Shown here in pieces: positions 11,251 to 24,665 of a DNA stretch of 64,000 bases. The notes under the pieces were generated by a model, which saw nothing but the letters and a program-made list of their open reading frames with translations, made no database searches and was not told where the DNA came from. Position numbers and translations under genes: made by a program. Each line of letters starts with the position of its first letter. The first letter of the stretch is position 1. The stretch is from the human T2T-CHM13v2.0 reference genome, Homo sapiens, in the NCBI RefSeq assembly GCF_009914755.1, contig NC_060944.1; one strand, written 5' to 3'.

Positions 11251-12834
11251 GTGCTTCTGTGAATATGGGAAGCTCTCCTAGGGTCCCGATGAGCTGCGTG
11301 TAGGTCGCTGGGGGGTGATGTGCTGAAGGAACAGCAGAGGTATCCAGACTTGCCTGCTCTGGATAGACTAAGGAATCTATGACAGACCAGGAATCCCAGA
11401 TAGACTAAGGAATTTATGACAATGGGACCCCGTGTGCAGTCTCCAACTATATTAATCAGTAAACTTCAAATAAGAGAATCTGTGAGCAAACTTTTCATTT
11501 GTGAGTGGCAAAGCTATCTCAGACAGAACAAAAAAGGGCAGTGGGAGCAGGAGCAGAGATGAGCTATGAAGCTGTCCAGATGGATTTCCAAAGCACAGGA
11601 AGACCCCAGACGGCAGGGGGAATGGAGGACAGAAAAGCAAATACTGTTCGTGCCGGCATGAATGGCACCATGACATTTTGCTGCTATTGCCGACTCTGCT
11701 TCTCATTTTCTTGGCCATCTTGCTTCAGGATTTGAGCTCCCCTGGGACAGGGTTATGTTAGTCATTGTCCGCGAGGTGGACAAATGAGTCTCTACTTTCT
11801 GAAAATAAGCTTACAATTTATGGAGCTGCCTTGGAGCTAGAGTTCTTGCTTCCAGCCACTGTAAGTATGCAGAGATTGGGGTGTGCAAATCAATATGCTA
11901 TGTCTGGTACCCAAACACGGTTTAGCATAAATCTCATTTAAAACTCAACATAAGCTGTGTTTTGAAGATCACATTCCTAAAAGCTCGTAATTCATAACTT
12001 CAGATTAAAGGCTTAAAATACATCTTGCCTGTCCTCCAGCTGCTGGAAAAAAAAAAACAAAAAAAAAAACAGTGATGTCCTTCTGTGCAGGTACAACCTC
12101 AGTAGAATTTTTTTTGGCTCCAAGTTGTGTAAGAATCCAAACTGTGAAAACAAACTCAGGCCCCCAGGCCTCAGCTAGAGAAGAGAGGAATCCCAGGTAT
12201 GCAAAAGTCTGTATGGGATGCCCCTCTTAGTAGGTCAGGGAAAGCTGTTCATTCCCAGAAAGAAGCTTGGGGAAGGAAGACAAGAGACAAGGGGAAGAGG
12301 GAAAGAGGTTTTTGCTTTTCAGCTTGTAGATTCCATCAGGCCCCCATCCAGCTCGGGACAGAGCCCAGTAATGCTGAGTAAACAGCCTGACTCAGGGCCC
12401 ACTTTTTAGTCAGTTCCGTGTTTATTTGCTTGTTTTTTATTTGTACAGAGAAGAGAATGGTTTGATAAAAGGGAGGAGAGCAAAGATAAAGACTTGTGAC
12501 ATTTGTAGATAAACAACCAATAAAGGAAAGGTGAAAAATGATGATTCCATAGGTTAAGGGAAAGAGAGAAATTGATTATATTTGAAATAATATTTGAAGA
12601 TAAAGTCCATCTGTGTGTGAAGAAGCATGGGAAATACAAATATGAACTTGCATTTTGCCAGATTATGCTATTTTAGGATGCTAGTGGGACCTGAATGGGA
12701 CTTTCTTTTCAAGAACTAGAGCTTAGGTGTTCAGATCCTGAAGGTGGTTTCTTTTAGGGGAAAACTTTGATGGAGAAGGGCTGGGTTTGGGAGGTGATTA
12801 AGAACAGAATGAATGCATAGATCATACTCTAGAC

Positions 12835-12997
12835 CATGGTCAGCAAATCCATGAGCAGTCACAGGCAACGTACAAACCCACAGGCTGCTTTCCCACTGCA
12901 ACAGCAGAGGAGAGAGGTTACCACAAGGACTACATGGCATGTAAAGCCTAAAATATTTACTATCTGGCCTTTTAGAGGAAAAATTTGACAACTCTTC
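12835..12997 (-). mobile_element. MER58A hAT MITE
   Basis: aaagcctaaaatatttactatctggccttt; degenerate TIRs; 8-bp flanks ctctagac and atctagaa. Confidence 0.85.
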
Positions 12998-13088
12998 ATC
13001 TAGAAAGTCATGAACACACTCACCTGGGTGCCACTTACCCTGTGATTGTCCAATAATTTTGCTTGGTTGAGTATTACAAGATTACTAT

Positions 13089-13504
13089 GGTGTTAGTCAT
13101 TTTTGCATTGCTATAAAGGAATACCTAAGTCTGGGTAATTTATAAAGAAAAGAGGTTTATTTGGCTCACAGTTCTGCCTGCTGTACACAAAGCATAGAAC
13201 CTGCATCTGCCTCTGGTCAGGACTTCAAGAAGCCTTTACTCATGGTGGGAGGTGAATGAGGAGCAGGCATGTCCCATGGCAAGAGACGGAGAAAGGGAGA
13301 AGGGAGGAAGGTGCCAGGCTCTTTAAACAACTAACTCCCACATGAACTAATAGGGAACTTGCTCATTACTGCAGGGAGGGCACCAAGCCATTCATGAAGG
13401 ATCCACCCCCATGACCTAAACACCTCCCACTAGGCCCCACCTCCAACAATGGGGATCATATTTTAGCATGAGATTTGAAGGGGCCAATCTTCCAAACCAT
13501 ATCA
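13089..13504 (-). mobile_element. MSTB-like MaLR solo LTR
   Basis: gcattgctataaaggaatacct, aagaggtttatttggctcacagttctg and ccaaaccatatca; 5-bp TSD actat/actag. Confidence 0.9.
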
Positions 13505-13524
13505 ACTAGCGTGGCAACAAATGT

Positions 13525-13670
13525 AAATATATATATACACACATTCAGACAGACACACACATACAGACAGACACCAACAGACACAGATTCACACACTTAC
13601 ATAAATACAGACACACACACATACACAAGCATATACACATGTACACCTGCATACTTACCTACATACAACA
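13525..13670. repeat. Degenerate (CA)/(TA) low-complexity tract
   Basis: acacac, agacac and atac runs. Confidence 0.8.
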
Positions 13671-13729
13671 TAATAAAGAACAAGAAAAAATAAAAATGGC
13701 TACATCAGGGAGTATAGAGAGTAGGAATG

Positions 13730-14155
13730 AGTCAGGGTTCCTCAAGCCTATGCTGACACACCCTCCTGTGTCCCCTGAGCACTCACTGCCCCATGCACTC
13801 TACAGACATTTTTACTGCATGTGAGTGAAATCCCCCATTCAAGGGTTGCCTCTGGGCACAGGAATGTGCTTGGTTCTCATGTGGGGCAGCAAAGACATCC
13901 CTAGAATGTGCACTTAATCAAGGGTAATGGGAGTTAGTGGACCTCTGGCCCAGCTTCCTCACTCCTGGGGTGGGGCAGCACTGTGGACAGGGAAGTCCCA
14001 GAGGGACTAAGCTTCAGTAGCCCACAGATGCCTGAACATGTGTCATTTATGGCCTTCCTCCTCTGTCTCACCCCATTCCCCATTGTTATTCTCTGGGGTC
14101 ACCCCCAAAATAAGCTGCTGCACTCACAGTCTTGCTCCACACTGCACTCGCAGCC
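13730..14155 (+). mobile_element. LTR16-family ERVL solo LTR
   Basis: aatgggagttagtgga, cccagcttcctcactcct and ctggggtcacccccaaaataagctgctgcactcacagtcttgctc. Confidence 0.65.
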
Positions 14156-17100
14156 TGTCACAGCTCCAGCATACTCTGACCTTGGCAGTGGGATATTTTG
14201 CTCCCTGTCTCCCTTTGCTTGATAAAATGTCCTGTATTTTTTCATATGAGAATAGTAATAGGATGACTTTAATAAAGAGTTGTTGATAATATCTGATTTT
14301 CTTACTTGTTACCCAAAACCAAGGAACACATACAAAAAAAAAAAAAGTAAATCAAGAGTGAGGACTGAGCCTAATCTCCTATGCCATACAAAAAGATTCT
14401 AAGTCAAGTCAGGCTTTGGGCATTAGAGGCTCTTTGTTTAAGTGAGCAAAGGAAGAGGAACTGACATTCTGCATTTTCATCTCCTCAACTGGGAGCCATT
14501 GGTATATGTCCTACAGCTAGGGAGTCATTTGCTCTACCAGCTGCAAACTTCACACTTGCCTATACCAAGCATTTTTTTAAGGAGTGTACATAGGGCTAGA
14601 CACAGCTTGGGATGAGGAGGGAGCATGAGTGGCTCTGAGGGAGGAGTCTCTGGGAGGAGGTCACTAAACACACTGATGAACAGTGGTTTTTTCCCCAGCC
14701 CTTAAGTTACCAAGAAGAAGGGTAACATTTGCAAAAGAGAGGAGCTGGAGGAATAAAGTGAGAACAACCTTCAGAAAAGAAGGTGCTCAGGGGAAGCAGG
14801 TGCTTTGAATAGAGTATGAAAGAATGAAGACATTGAGGATTTCCCCTCATCCATAAGATGGGGGAGGCTTGTTGCATGAGATACCCAGGGGTGGGGGAGG
14901 TGGAGAAAGATGCCTTGAAGACGTGGCATCAGGTTTCCTCATTGGACATTTCTTCATGCCTTTTTTGGAGATAGAATACTGGCTTGAATGAACTGAATGG
15001 ACCCGTTATTTCACTTAATATGCTATTTTGTATGTTTGTAATAAGGATCTCTGTTGCAGAAAATTGAGTCTATTGTGCAAAGTAGGTCATCCTCTCCCTG
15101 TTGTAGTTTTGGATCTGCTAGTGGCATCTGTGGTCACCTGTGAGTCTCATGTTTCACTAAATAAAGAGTTGTGAATCACAGCAACTCGGGAGGCTGAGCG
15201 CTGCAGGAGCTAGGCTGTAAGACCAGAACCTTCAGTCAGCTCTCTGAGGATGGGGGTAGACTCACGTATGTTCCACTTGGATGCCAGGGATCTGGAAAGA
15301 CTGGAGAGGAAGCAGTTCACCCAGGCAGAGCAAACAATCATGCTGGCATTCTCTACTTGGAGGGAGAGTTAATAGAGGCCACCAGTGCGGCATACAGACA
15401 TGGGTGTCTTGCCAGTTCATTTCCAGGTCTAGCTTCTGGGTCTAGCCCAGGGTCCAGCTGCTCCACAAGAAGCTATCACCCAAACGGGTTGTGACTGCAA
15501 TGGGTGATATAACTTGGTGTGGTGGGGGTAGAGGAGAATGAGATGAACAATGTCCAAAGATAAAGGATTTCAAAGAGTAAGATTTCTTCCCAGGAAGCAG
15601 GTCCAAGGAGAAAAATCTGAATCCATGGTGTCCAATGCCAAAAGCCCTAAGTACCCCTGTCCCCAAAAGGACAAGAAGATGTTAGACACAGTACGGAAGG
15701 GAAGACTTTGCTCCGAGTTAGATGTTGAGAGAACCTCATCATTAATCTGAAAAAGGAACACCACCAACAACAAAACAATTAACACCAAATTGGAGTTGGG
15801 GGAGAAAACAAACATACCAAATTAAAAAAAACAGTGGGAAGTGCAAATGATTCCTGATCTCTGCAGAGGCATTTCTTATGGATTGAGAAATGGCCAGCTT
15901 CCTGGAAAATTAAGTATATCTCCTGCAGATGCTGTCAGGGATGCGAGGAGCAAGAAGACTGCACTCAACAATAGTCAGTGGACACACAGCAATGGAGGGC
16001 GGCTGGCAAGAGCTGGCAGACTTGTGAGAAATCCGACCTTCTGGCTAGGCCCCTAAAGAGTTCTAGAATGCTGCTCTTTCAGATATCTATGGAGACAAAA
16101 CGTATAGTTTGTTAATATCAGAAAGAATGCAATTCACTGATATTTACTGAACACGTACATGAAAAGCACAGTGACCACCTCTTTGTAAGTAGCAGGGACT
16201 TAAACACGCAGAGTTCAGTCACACCAGCTCCTGGCCCGCTGCTCACTGTGTGCTGAGCTCTCCTGGGCTCATAAACCTGTGCTGAAGGTTGTTCTGTGCT
16301 GCATTTTCCTCATCAGAATCTCAGCCTTAGAGGGTTTGTGTGTTAAGTTCAAGGTCCCACGTTACTGAGCTTGTTTTTGTGATTCCCTTAGTCTTCCTTT
16401 CTTGGTGATGCCACACAACCTCCCAGAAACTAGGGAAGCCATGTCTGATTGCAGACCTGAGGGAGAGCTACAGGTTGTTATTTTAGCATTAGATTTTCTA
16501 GCATAAAATATTAAATCCTATCTTAATAAAATGTAGCTTGAGATAAGCTTCCACAATTAACATGGAAGACAAAAAAATGTTTCCTGATAATCATCCGTGG
16601 GGCTACAACTTCTCTCTAAGAATAGAGATATGAATGTCTGCACTAGGAAAGGATGAAGGCTCTTCATTAAGAGGTGGCAAAGTCAACGTTTGAATGGTTT
16701 TAGCCTAGTCTTCTCCTTATGAGGATCAGAAAACTCAAAGCCAGCACTGAGGGAATGGTTTGATCTCCTTTCTTGAAGGAAGATTGCAGAAGGGCTTGGA
16801 AAAGTGAATGATTAACTTGACCACATTTCTCCTAGGGCCGGGAAGTGAGTGCACTCAAAGCAGGATTTCCTGGCAACTGCTCCAGTAATGTCTTACTGAG
16901 AATGGAGAAATCTGGAGGATAAGAGGAAAGAGGAAAAATGGTAAATTACAGACTGTTTCAACAGCAAAACAAAGGACTCTAGAGAAAATCGGGAAACTCC
17001 AGTCCTTTGGGGAGGGTAGAAACAATGCACTATTGTTTTCTAGAAGTCTTCATGGAAGATATTTTATCCATGGAACTGCACACTGTGGAAGCCTTGCAGA

Positions 17101-18039
17101 ACCCGTGTCACATCTTAGGGACACACGTCCCAGCCTGCTGGAAATCTGAAGAACCCAGTATGGGGGAGAGGAAGCAGTGTGCAGACCATCTAGTGACATC
17201 CATTAATTCATGGAGGAGGGAATTGAGGTCCACAGTCTGCTTCTACACCCCAAAGGAAAAGGGGAGTGTTTTACAACTTATTTGAAATGTGAAGGACAGG
17301 CCTGGCACTTAGTGTACTCTTGGTTAATGACATGTGGATTGTTTTAATGATGCCCAAACACTCTTGTAAAGTGGAAAATATAGGCAGCCTGGGGTGCACA
17401 TCAGGGTCAGCATCAGGGAATATAAGCTCATTAGTAGGTTAACACATACCTCCTTTTCCTGCTGAAAACCATGGCTGGCCTCCAACCAGAAACGCCCCTT
17501 CATACTTTTGAAGCAGGTCTTTAGTCTCCCTACACATCTTGCCTTATGTGATCACATTCCTTCCCTCCTGCAGCTGCCCTGGATTGAGAGAAATATAGGA
17601 GGCCAGGGAAGAGATTGGGTCTCTTCCCTCTGATCCTGCAGGCTGATGTCCTTCTCCTCTGAGCCACTGCCTTCCTGGGGGCTGCCTCTTGTGTCATCTA
17701 AACAGGCAGACATTTCCAGGTTTTGAACCCATCATTCATTCCAGGCCCACTGAGCACAGACTGCATACAGAACAGTGGGGCCTTGCACCTGAGGAGAAAG
17801 TGCACCTGCAATTCTGGAAACACGCTGTGGAGGCACAAAACCTCTCTGGGGGCACAAGACTAAGTGGAGGCCTCTGAGAATGGGGCATGGGAGTGAACCA
17901 TAAGAAGAGAGGGAGGAGTGTGTGAGCCAGAGTTCCAGGACTGAAGTCCCCAGGAAGAGCAGGTGGGAAAATCTGGAAGGGAATTTTCATTCCCTTGCAA
18001 ACTAAAGAGATGGAGTAAAGAGGCCAGTAATAGATTTGG

Positions 18040-18690
18040 GACTGGACCACAGGGGGCCTCTGGGACCATGGTGAGGACTGGAGCTTTCATGGAGCAGAGG
18101 GAGGGTGGTGAGGGTTTATGCAGAGGGGAGGCTTAACTTAGCTTACACCCAGTCTGAAAAGTTCATTTCGGTTGTTGTATATAGAACAATGGAGAGGGGA
18201 GTGGGCACAGGGAGGCTAATTAGGGAGCAGCTTCAGTAGCAGGAGGTGGTGCTGGGTTGCTCTAGGATGGAGACATCAGCAGAAGGGACCCGGGCCTGTG
18301 TGAGACACCTGTTGAAGGAAGGATCCACCGGGCTTGCTGCTGGACTTATGTGGGGCTGAGGGAGAAGGGGGACCTGCCAGCCCAGCTTGGGGTGGGAGCA
18401 ACTGGGTAAATATGGTAAACAGGAAACATCAAGAAATAAGATACTGGGTTGGGGAAAGTTATGGTGAGCTCAGCTTTGTACTTGAATTTTAAGTGTCCAG
18501 AAGACAAGCAGTAGGGTTTGCTACTTGACTTCAGTGCACTGAAACTTGTTTGCTTTGCACACAAAAGTGGAGGCATTGATACCTCTCCCACAGGGCCATT
18601 TTGGATTGAGGAGCTAATCTGCACCAAGTTTTCAGAAGTGGTAAGCAGTATGGCAGTGTGAGATAGAATATCCATTGGAAGAGGAATGTA
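18040..18690 (-). mobile_element. L2 LINE fragment
   Basis: ggaccatggtgaggactggagcttt, gggcttgctgctggac, gagcaactgggtaaa and tgagctcagctttg. Confidence 0.65.
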
Positions 18691-18817
18691 TCAGTTAGCA
18701 GGCAGAAATGCTGCTTCCCAAAGAGCAGGGTCAGTGGGGTCATTGTGGAAAGCGGCTGCTAGCTTGAGCAAGCAGCCCACACTCCCCAACAACACATGCA
18801 TTCCACACTCAATTCTG

Positions 18818-18913
18818 CATGTGTGTCTATGTGTGTCTGCATTACTGTGAGAGTGTCACATGTGTGTGTGTGTGTGCCTGTGTGTTTGTGTATTTGTGTG
18901 CATGCTTATGTGT
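18818..18913. repeat. Imperfect (TG)n
   Basis: Visible tgtgtg runs. Confidence 0.85.
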
Positions 18914-19636
18914 TCAATTCATAGGAGCTATGAAGAAATAAGAAACAAATGGGAGGGAAGTTTCTAAAATGAAAGCTAAAGAGATAATCCCAGGCTTTGG
19001 TGAACATGTTTGAAATTCTTTGCTCTTCTGACCCACGTCAGCAGGGTGACTGGGCAGGAGAAGGTAATACTTCAAAGAGGAAGAGTTTCCTTGTGGACAT
19101 CCAAGAAACACTGACCAAAGCACTATGGGAATAAAGGAAAATGATAAATGGATAGAAAGTCCTGAAAGGCACACAGAGATGTAGAGATGTGCACTTTTCC
19201 AAGTGGAGAGGAATGCCGATTGCATAAATACCTGATAAGATAGTTCCTGGACAGTCTCATCCTGTTCCAGAACATAGGGCAACTCATGAATTCCAAAGAA
19301 GCCACTCACCCATGAGTCAGGGGCACAGACACCTGACAATAGATGTCTGCTTTTCTTGCCAAGCTTCTCTCCACCCTGGCTTATTCTTCTCTGGAGAGCT
19401 TACTCTCTGACCTCAGGGACAGGAATATAAAACCAGGGGAGTCAAACGCAGCATCCTGTTGCCCTGGCCTAGAAAATAGACCTTGATGTACTTGTCGCCC
19501 TAGCATGAGTGATCAGAAGTCTTCCCCAGGATTTTTCTACCAGTATACAGACAAGAGTGTCCAAGGCTGACAAGAAGATCTGCCAGCCACCATGCCTCCA
19601 GACTCCCAGTAAGCCCACCTGGAAGGAACAAAGCTA

Positions 19637-19948
19637 ATACTCAGTCAGCTATTGCTGTGTAACAAGTCACCCCAACATCTAGTGTCTTACAACAACGGCA
19701 TGCTCATCTTTCCTTATTCTTCATTCTGTGGTGGAGGGGCAGCTCTTCTGCTGGTCTTCCTTTGGCTCCTCATGAGGCTACTAAGCACCCAGGCCCTAAG
19801 CACATGAGCTTATTGAGCCTCTGCTTGCATCATGTCACTGATGTGTGATTGGCCAGAGCAAGTCATATGGCCAAGCCCAGAGCCAGACTAAAAGTGGACA
19901 CCACGAGTCATGATGAATCAGGATCCATCATTGTGACCATTGACCGCA
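19637..19948 (-). mobile_element. MaLR solo LTR, MLT1I/H-like
   Basis: agtcagctattgctgtgtaacaa, agcctctgcttgcatcatg and attggccagagcaagtcatatggccaagcccag. Confidence 0.7.
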
Positions 19949-21037
19949 GCAAAGTTCAGATGCTCCTGGTGGCATCAAAATTCATGGTTCTGGGGTCTCT
20001 TTCTTGTGTCACCACCATGTGAAGATCCTTGATTGATGAAGACCAGCAGACATCAGAGATTACTCTCATTCCATAATGCAGGGAAATATTTCTAGCCAGG
20101 AAGATAGGGAAGAGAGAATACCTTGTTTATTCAATCTGCAGGAAGTGTTTACTGAGAAGATATCAAAACCTTATCTAGAATAAAAAGAAGGATTACACAC
20201 CTTACCAGTATTCAAGTAGCTCACCATCTGAGAAAATAAGCCATTCACATACAGAAAATTAAAGTACAACACATCGATGGAGACGCCATGAGGCGTCTTA
20301 CTGAGCATGTACTAGGTGCTTCAACATCCTTTCACAGCAGTTGTGATTTTATCCCACACTCAGAGACAGAACAAGAAAGCTTGGAGAACTCATGCAACTT
20401 GCCTGAGGCAGAGCTGGCAAGAGAAGCCATCATAGAGGAGGCAGAACTTTCTACTATGGAAAGTCCCCAGCAGCAAACACTACCCCAGTGCTGTGGGAGG
20501 TTCAGTTGTGACGGGTAGGGTGGTGTGAAGCTGCGAAGGAACAGACTGCAGTGCTGCAGGGTCAATATGGTGAAGCAGGGGCTGGGGTTCCTGAGGCCGT
20601 GTAAGAAGGGCAGTATTATATTAACCCTGATGGCTCCTACTGTAATCCATGCCCCTAGACTTCCCATTTTACCCATAGTACAGCTCTTCATAATTATATT
20701 GTATTATTGATAAATAAAATTATAAAGAGCCACTTTTTAGAAAATGCAGCCAGTGATTTTCCTGGTCCTCCTTCCAATCCTCCTTGGAAAAGTGCCATAA
20801 GCAGCCAATGTCAATGGAACATCTTCAACTTACATATTCGAACAACTCATTGGGCAGGCTGAACCTGTGTATTTCATGGATAACAATGAGTTGCCTTTTG
20901 ATGGCTGGCCTTCTCCAATGCCTCTGAGATGGCAGCTGGCCTGGGCATGGCTATGGTCCAGACATATATCAGATCAGAGGAAAGGATATGTTTTACCAGT
21001 GACCCATAGGTAGATGCTCTCTCCTTTAGAAGATCAC

Positions 21038-21485
21038 TGTTTTAGTCCATTTCTACTGCTCTAACAAAATACCTTAGACTGGGTAATTTATAAATAATGT
21101 AAATTTATTTCTCATAGTTCTAGAGACTGGGAAGTCCAAGATTAAAGGCACCAGCAGATTTAGTGTCTGGTGAGGGCTGCTATCTACTTCCAAGATGGCA
21201 TCTTCTCCCATTCAAGTACTAACCAGGCCTGATCCTGCTTAGCTTCCAAGATCAGATGACATTGGGAGCATTCAGGGTGGTACAGCCATAGGCCAAGATG
21301 GCATCTTCTTGCTGTGTCCTTGCATGGTGGAAGAGCAAAAGGGTAAAACAGACTCCCCCAAGCCATTTTATAAGGGGACTGATCCCACCACCTCCTAATC
21401 ATGTTGTAACGGCCCCATCATTTAATACAATTGCATTGGTGTTTCAACATGAATTTTGGAGGGACACAAATATTCAATCATAGCA
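21038..21485 (-). mobile_element. MSTC/MSTD-like MaLR solo LTR hosting a 5S retrocopy
   Basis: tgttttagtcc, ctgggaagtccaagat and ggagggacacaaatattcaatcatagca; TSD atcac/accac. Confidence 0.85.
21204..21293 (-). pseudogene. 5S rRNA retropseudogene, nt 1-90, tailless
   Basis: Ungapped match to the reverse complement of 5S nt 1-90 with 13 mismatches, many CpG transitions; 16-bp TSD caagatggcatcttct at 21191-21206 and 21294-21309. Confidence 0.96.
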
Positions 21486-22094
21486 ACCACAATATACCAG
21501 TGCCAGCATGATTTTAATATGTCGTTAGTACCCATTCCTGTAGAAGAACATGTGAGGGTCTCAGATGTTCATGGTAGATGCTTGTTTCCCTGTGACTCTG
21601 AGGCAGATCTAAGATCTACACTGCTGACACAAACTGAATAATCCCAGAGAACCCTCCAACAATTCTTCTCCCCAGCAGTCTTTGGGCCACTATAATCAGA
21701 GCCAAGATTTTAACCTTGGCTGCGTAGACAGACTCTTTGGGAGAAGACACAGCTAATTTTCAAAATGTTTCATTAGAAAGCCTCATTATATCGTCAATTT
21801 AAACCTATCCTGACCATGATCCTGTAAAGATTTCCTTCCTCCATCAATCTAGTTCATAGCCTTAGAATTACCTCTACCAAACAAATTGGAAAGAAAAGAC
21901 CTTCAGATGGGGCAGTAGCAAAGACTGATCAAATCCAGTGAGTTGCTTTGTATTTTCCTGAACCTTGGTTCCCAGGTATGAGAATGATGTGCATGATTAG
22001 GAATTAAGAAGAGTCTGGGATCCTGTCACCCATCAAGGCAAAGATTTATCTTAAACTGTCATGCAAAACAAATGTGGCATAGAATAACCAGAGT

Positions 22095-22760
22095 GTCATG
22101 GAAATATTAGTGTGGTTGAAAGTACGTGTGTTTAAAATTTTGTTAATACTGCCAAATTGCCCTAATGAGGGCCACACCAACTTCCTCTGTCTAGAGCATC
22201 TCTTTCTTCATCGTCACACAGTATTATCAGACTTCTGTCAAGCTGAACAACAAAAAATGGTGTTTCACTACTGCTATCATTTGCTTTCCTTCAGCCATGA
22301 GATGGAGCATCTTTTAATTTTTTATAATCCATAAGTACTTCTTTTCTTGTAGCTATTTTTTATATCCACTCTCCATTTTTCTTTAGGGGTTATATGATTT
22401 TTCTTATTGAGTTGTATGAGCTTTCCATAAATTCAGAAAATAACATTTTTATGCATTATGATTGTTTTCAATTTTTTGTCTTCTGCATTTGTTAGTGATT
22501 TTATTTTTAAGTTGTCATATTCACCAATTGTGTCTTCAAAGCCTTCATAGATTTTCAAAATTTTCTTAGAAAGGCCTATTTCACTCCAAGGTGATACACA
22601 TTCATCCATAATTTTATACTGTATTTTTATTATGGTAAAACCTTTGATTATGTGGAATCTGTATCAGAGGAAGGAGTGAGTTGGGGATCTGGGGATATAC
22701 ACATATCTTCTTCTCAAACTTTTACCAATTGTTTTTCTTGGCTCTTTCCTATGGTGCTTT
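22095..22760 (-). mobile_element. Old L1M (L1ME-like) fragment
   Basis: atactgccaaattgccct, gagatggagcatcttt, tttttcttattgagttgtatgagc and cttagaaaggcct. Confidence 0.65.
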
Positions 22761-23167
22761 ATATTAAGAGGTTTTTCTGACATTGGGCTACTTATTACAA
22801 CACTTGTCCAAAGTGCATTATTTCCTTAAATAGCCAGTGATTCAAATGTCCTATTATTTAATGTATGTTTTCTGCATCTACATTTGTAATCACACTTGGT
22901 CTTTTCAGTTTCTATTTCTGTGCGACAGTGTTTGCTTCCTGCTTTTTGCTCTTTAGATTGCTTATTTTTCATGTGATACATTTTAATATTTTGTTTCTTG
23001 ATTTATCAACTTTAGATAGTATCTATTGACTCCATCTCATAAAAGAAAACACAGGCATCACACTGGTTTCCACAGCCCTGTACTTCCTTCTAGTTTTGGT
23101 CACTTGCACATCTATTTTAGGCCTTTGTAACTTTAAGCAATGTATCTAAATTTGCTTAAAACAATTT

Positions 23168-23728
23168 GCTCTATTATCTTTTGCTACATAATAAATTACC
23201 CTAAAACTAATGGCTTAAAACACCAATACTTATTTATGATTTCTGCTGGTTTCTGCATTGCAGGAATTCAGACAGGGCACAGTGGGGACAGTTTGTCTCT
23301 GCTCCATGAGACTGGAGGCCTCTACTGGAAGACTCGAAGGCTGGAGCCTAAAGCCATCTGCAGGCTCATTCACTCATATCTGGTGGTTGATGCTTGTGTT
23401 GGCTGAAAACCTAACCGGGACTCTTAGCTAAGATGCCTGCATGGAGTGTCTCCCTGCAGCCCAGGCTTCCTCACAACATAGTGGCCAGCTTCCAAGGGTG
23501 AGTACAGAGAGGAACAGAGAGAGAGAGAGACAGAGAGAGGAGATCAGCCAGGTAAAGGTGGTATCCTTTCATGACCTAGCCTGGGAAGTCACACAGCATC
23601 ATTTCTGCCACTTGTATTCATTAGAAATGAGTCACTAAGTCCAATCCAAATTAAAGGGGAGGGGATCTAGTCTGCTCCATGATGGGAGGATTGCAAAGAA
23701 TCAGCAGATGTTTCTTAAAGTCACCACA
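23168..23728 (-). mobile_element. MLT1F-like MaLR solo LTR
   Basis: aaattaccctaaaactaatggcttaaaaca, ttgtctctgctccatga, gaagtcacacagcatcatttctgcc and the terminal ccaca. Confidence 0.85.
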
Positions 23729-23849
23729 GTGGATGATATCCTTAGAATAAGGATCACGATGTATGATATATGCTGTGTCCTGCAAGGCTTTGCATCCAAA
23801 GAATTTTTAGGAGTGCCCATCTTCCAGCACATCCTTGACCATGCTGCTT

Positions 23850-24242
23850 CTCTCTCCCCACAGTGGATCTTACCAGCCTTTTAGTTCTCAGAGCTACCAC
23901 TGCCCTTGCATATCACGATACGCGCTTCTGCCTAGAACCCTCTTCCCCACACTTTACAGAGTAATTCACAGAGAATTACTCTGCAAATAATTCACAGATA
24001 TCAGCTTGGTTGTCACTTCCTCAAGGAAACATTCCCTGACCTCCCTAGCAGGGTTGATCCCCCCGGCTATTCACTGTCACACTGTGGTGTCTCTCTCCTT
24101 CATGGCACTTGGTGACAATCTGCATCTCTTTCTAGACAGTAAGGTCCTCGGAGCAGAGACTGCTGCTGTCCACCAGCATCACTTAGCACCTAGCTCACAC
24201 TCAAAAGTTAGTACACACTTAATAATTACTTGTTGAGTTAAT
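23850..24242 (+). mobile_element. L2 LINE 3' end
   Basis: tgtcacttcctcaaggaaacattccctgacc, ctagacagtaaggtcctc and aataattacttgttgagttaat. Confidence 0.75.
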
Positions 24243-24244
24243 CT

Positions 24245-24665
24245 GTCTCTTGATTTATTAGACATAAGGAATATCTATCACAAGGAAAAATGTGAAAATT
24301 GATACACTCATACTTCCTCTCATTCCTCATCTTCTACCTCTAATTATTTGTTGGTAAAATGCATTAATTTTTCATTGCCACATTCATCATATTTTTCTGG
24401 CTATTGCCATACTTTATTTAAAATAGGATTCTTTACTTAAAATAGAAATGTGTTTGAGTTTATCACTTGTGCTTTTGTGATAATGCTTCATTTCATCTTC
24501 TAGTTGTTTTTATTTTATTTTCAAGAAGTTTATTTAAAATGTGCCATGGATTCCATAATCATGTCTTCCTTTATGTTTGATAATATCTGTCTGTTGCTTC
24601 TATACCTAAAAGAGAACTTGCTGCGTAGGATATTTTTGGGTTACACTTTCTTTGCCTATGCATTC
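24245..24665 (-). mobile_element. HAL1/ancient L1-related fragment, left part
   Basis: ctgttgcttctatacctaaaagagaacttgctgcgtaggatatttttgggttacactttcttt resembles HAL1 and appears to continue at 28592. Confidence 0.5.

Noticed and set aside
18530-18543. 14-bp perfect palindrome ttcagtgcactgaa
   Set aside because: A few palindromes of this length are expected by chance in 64 kb
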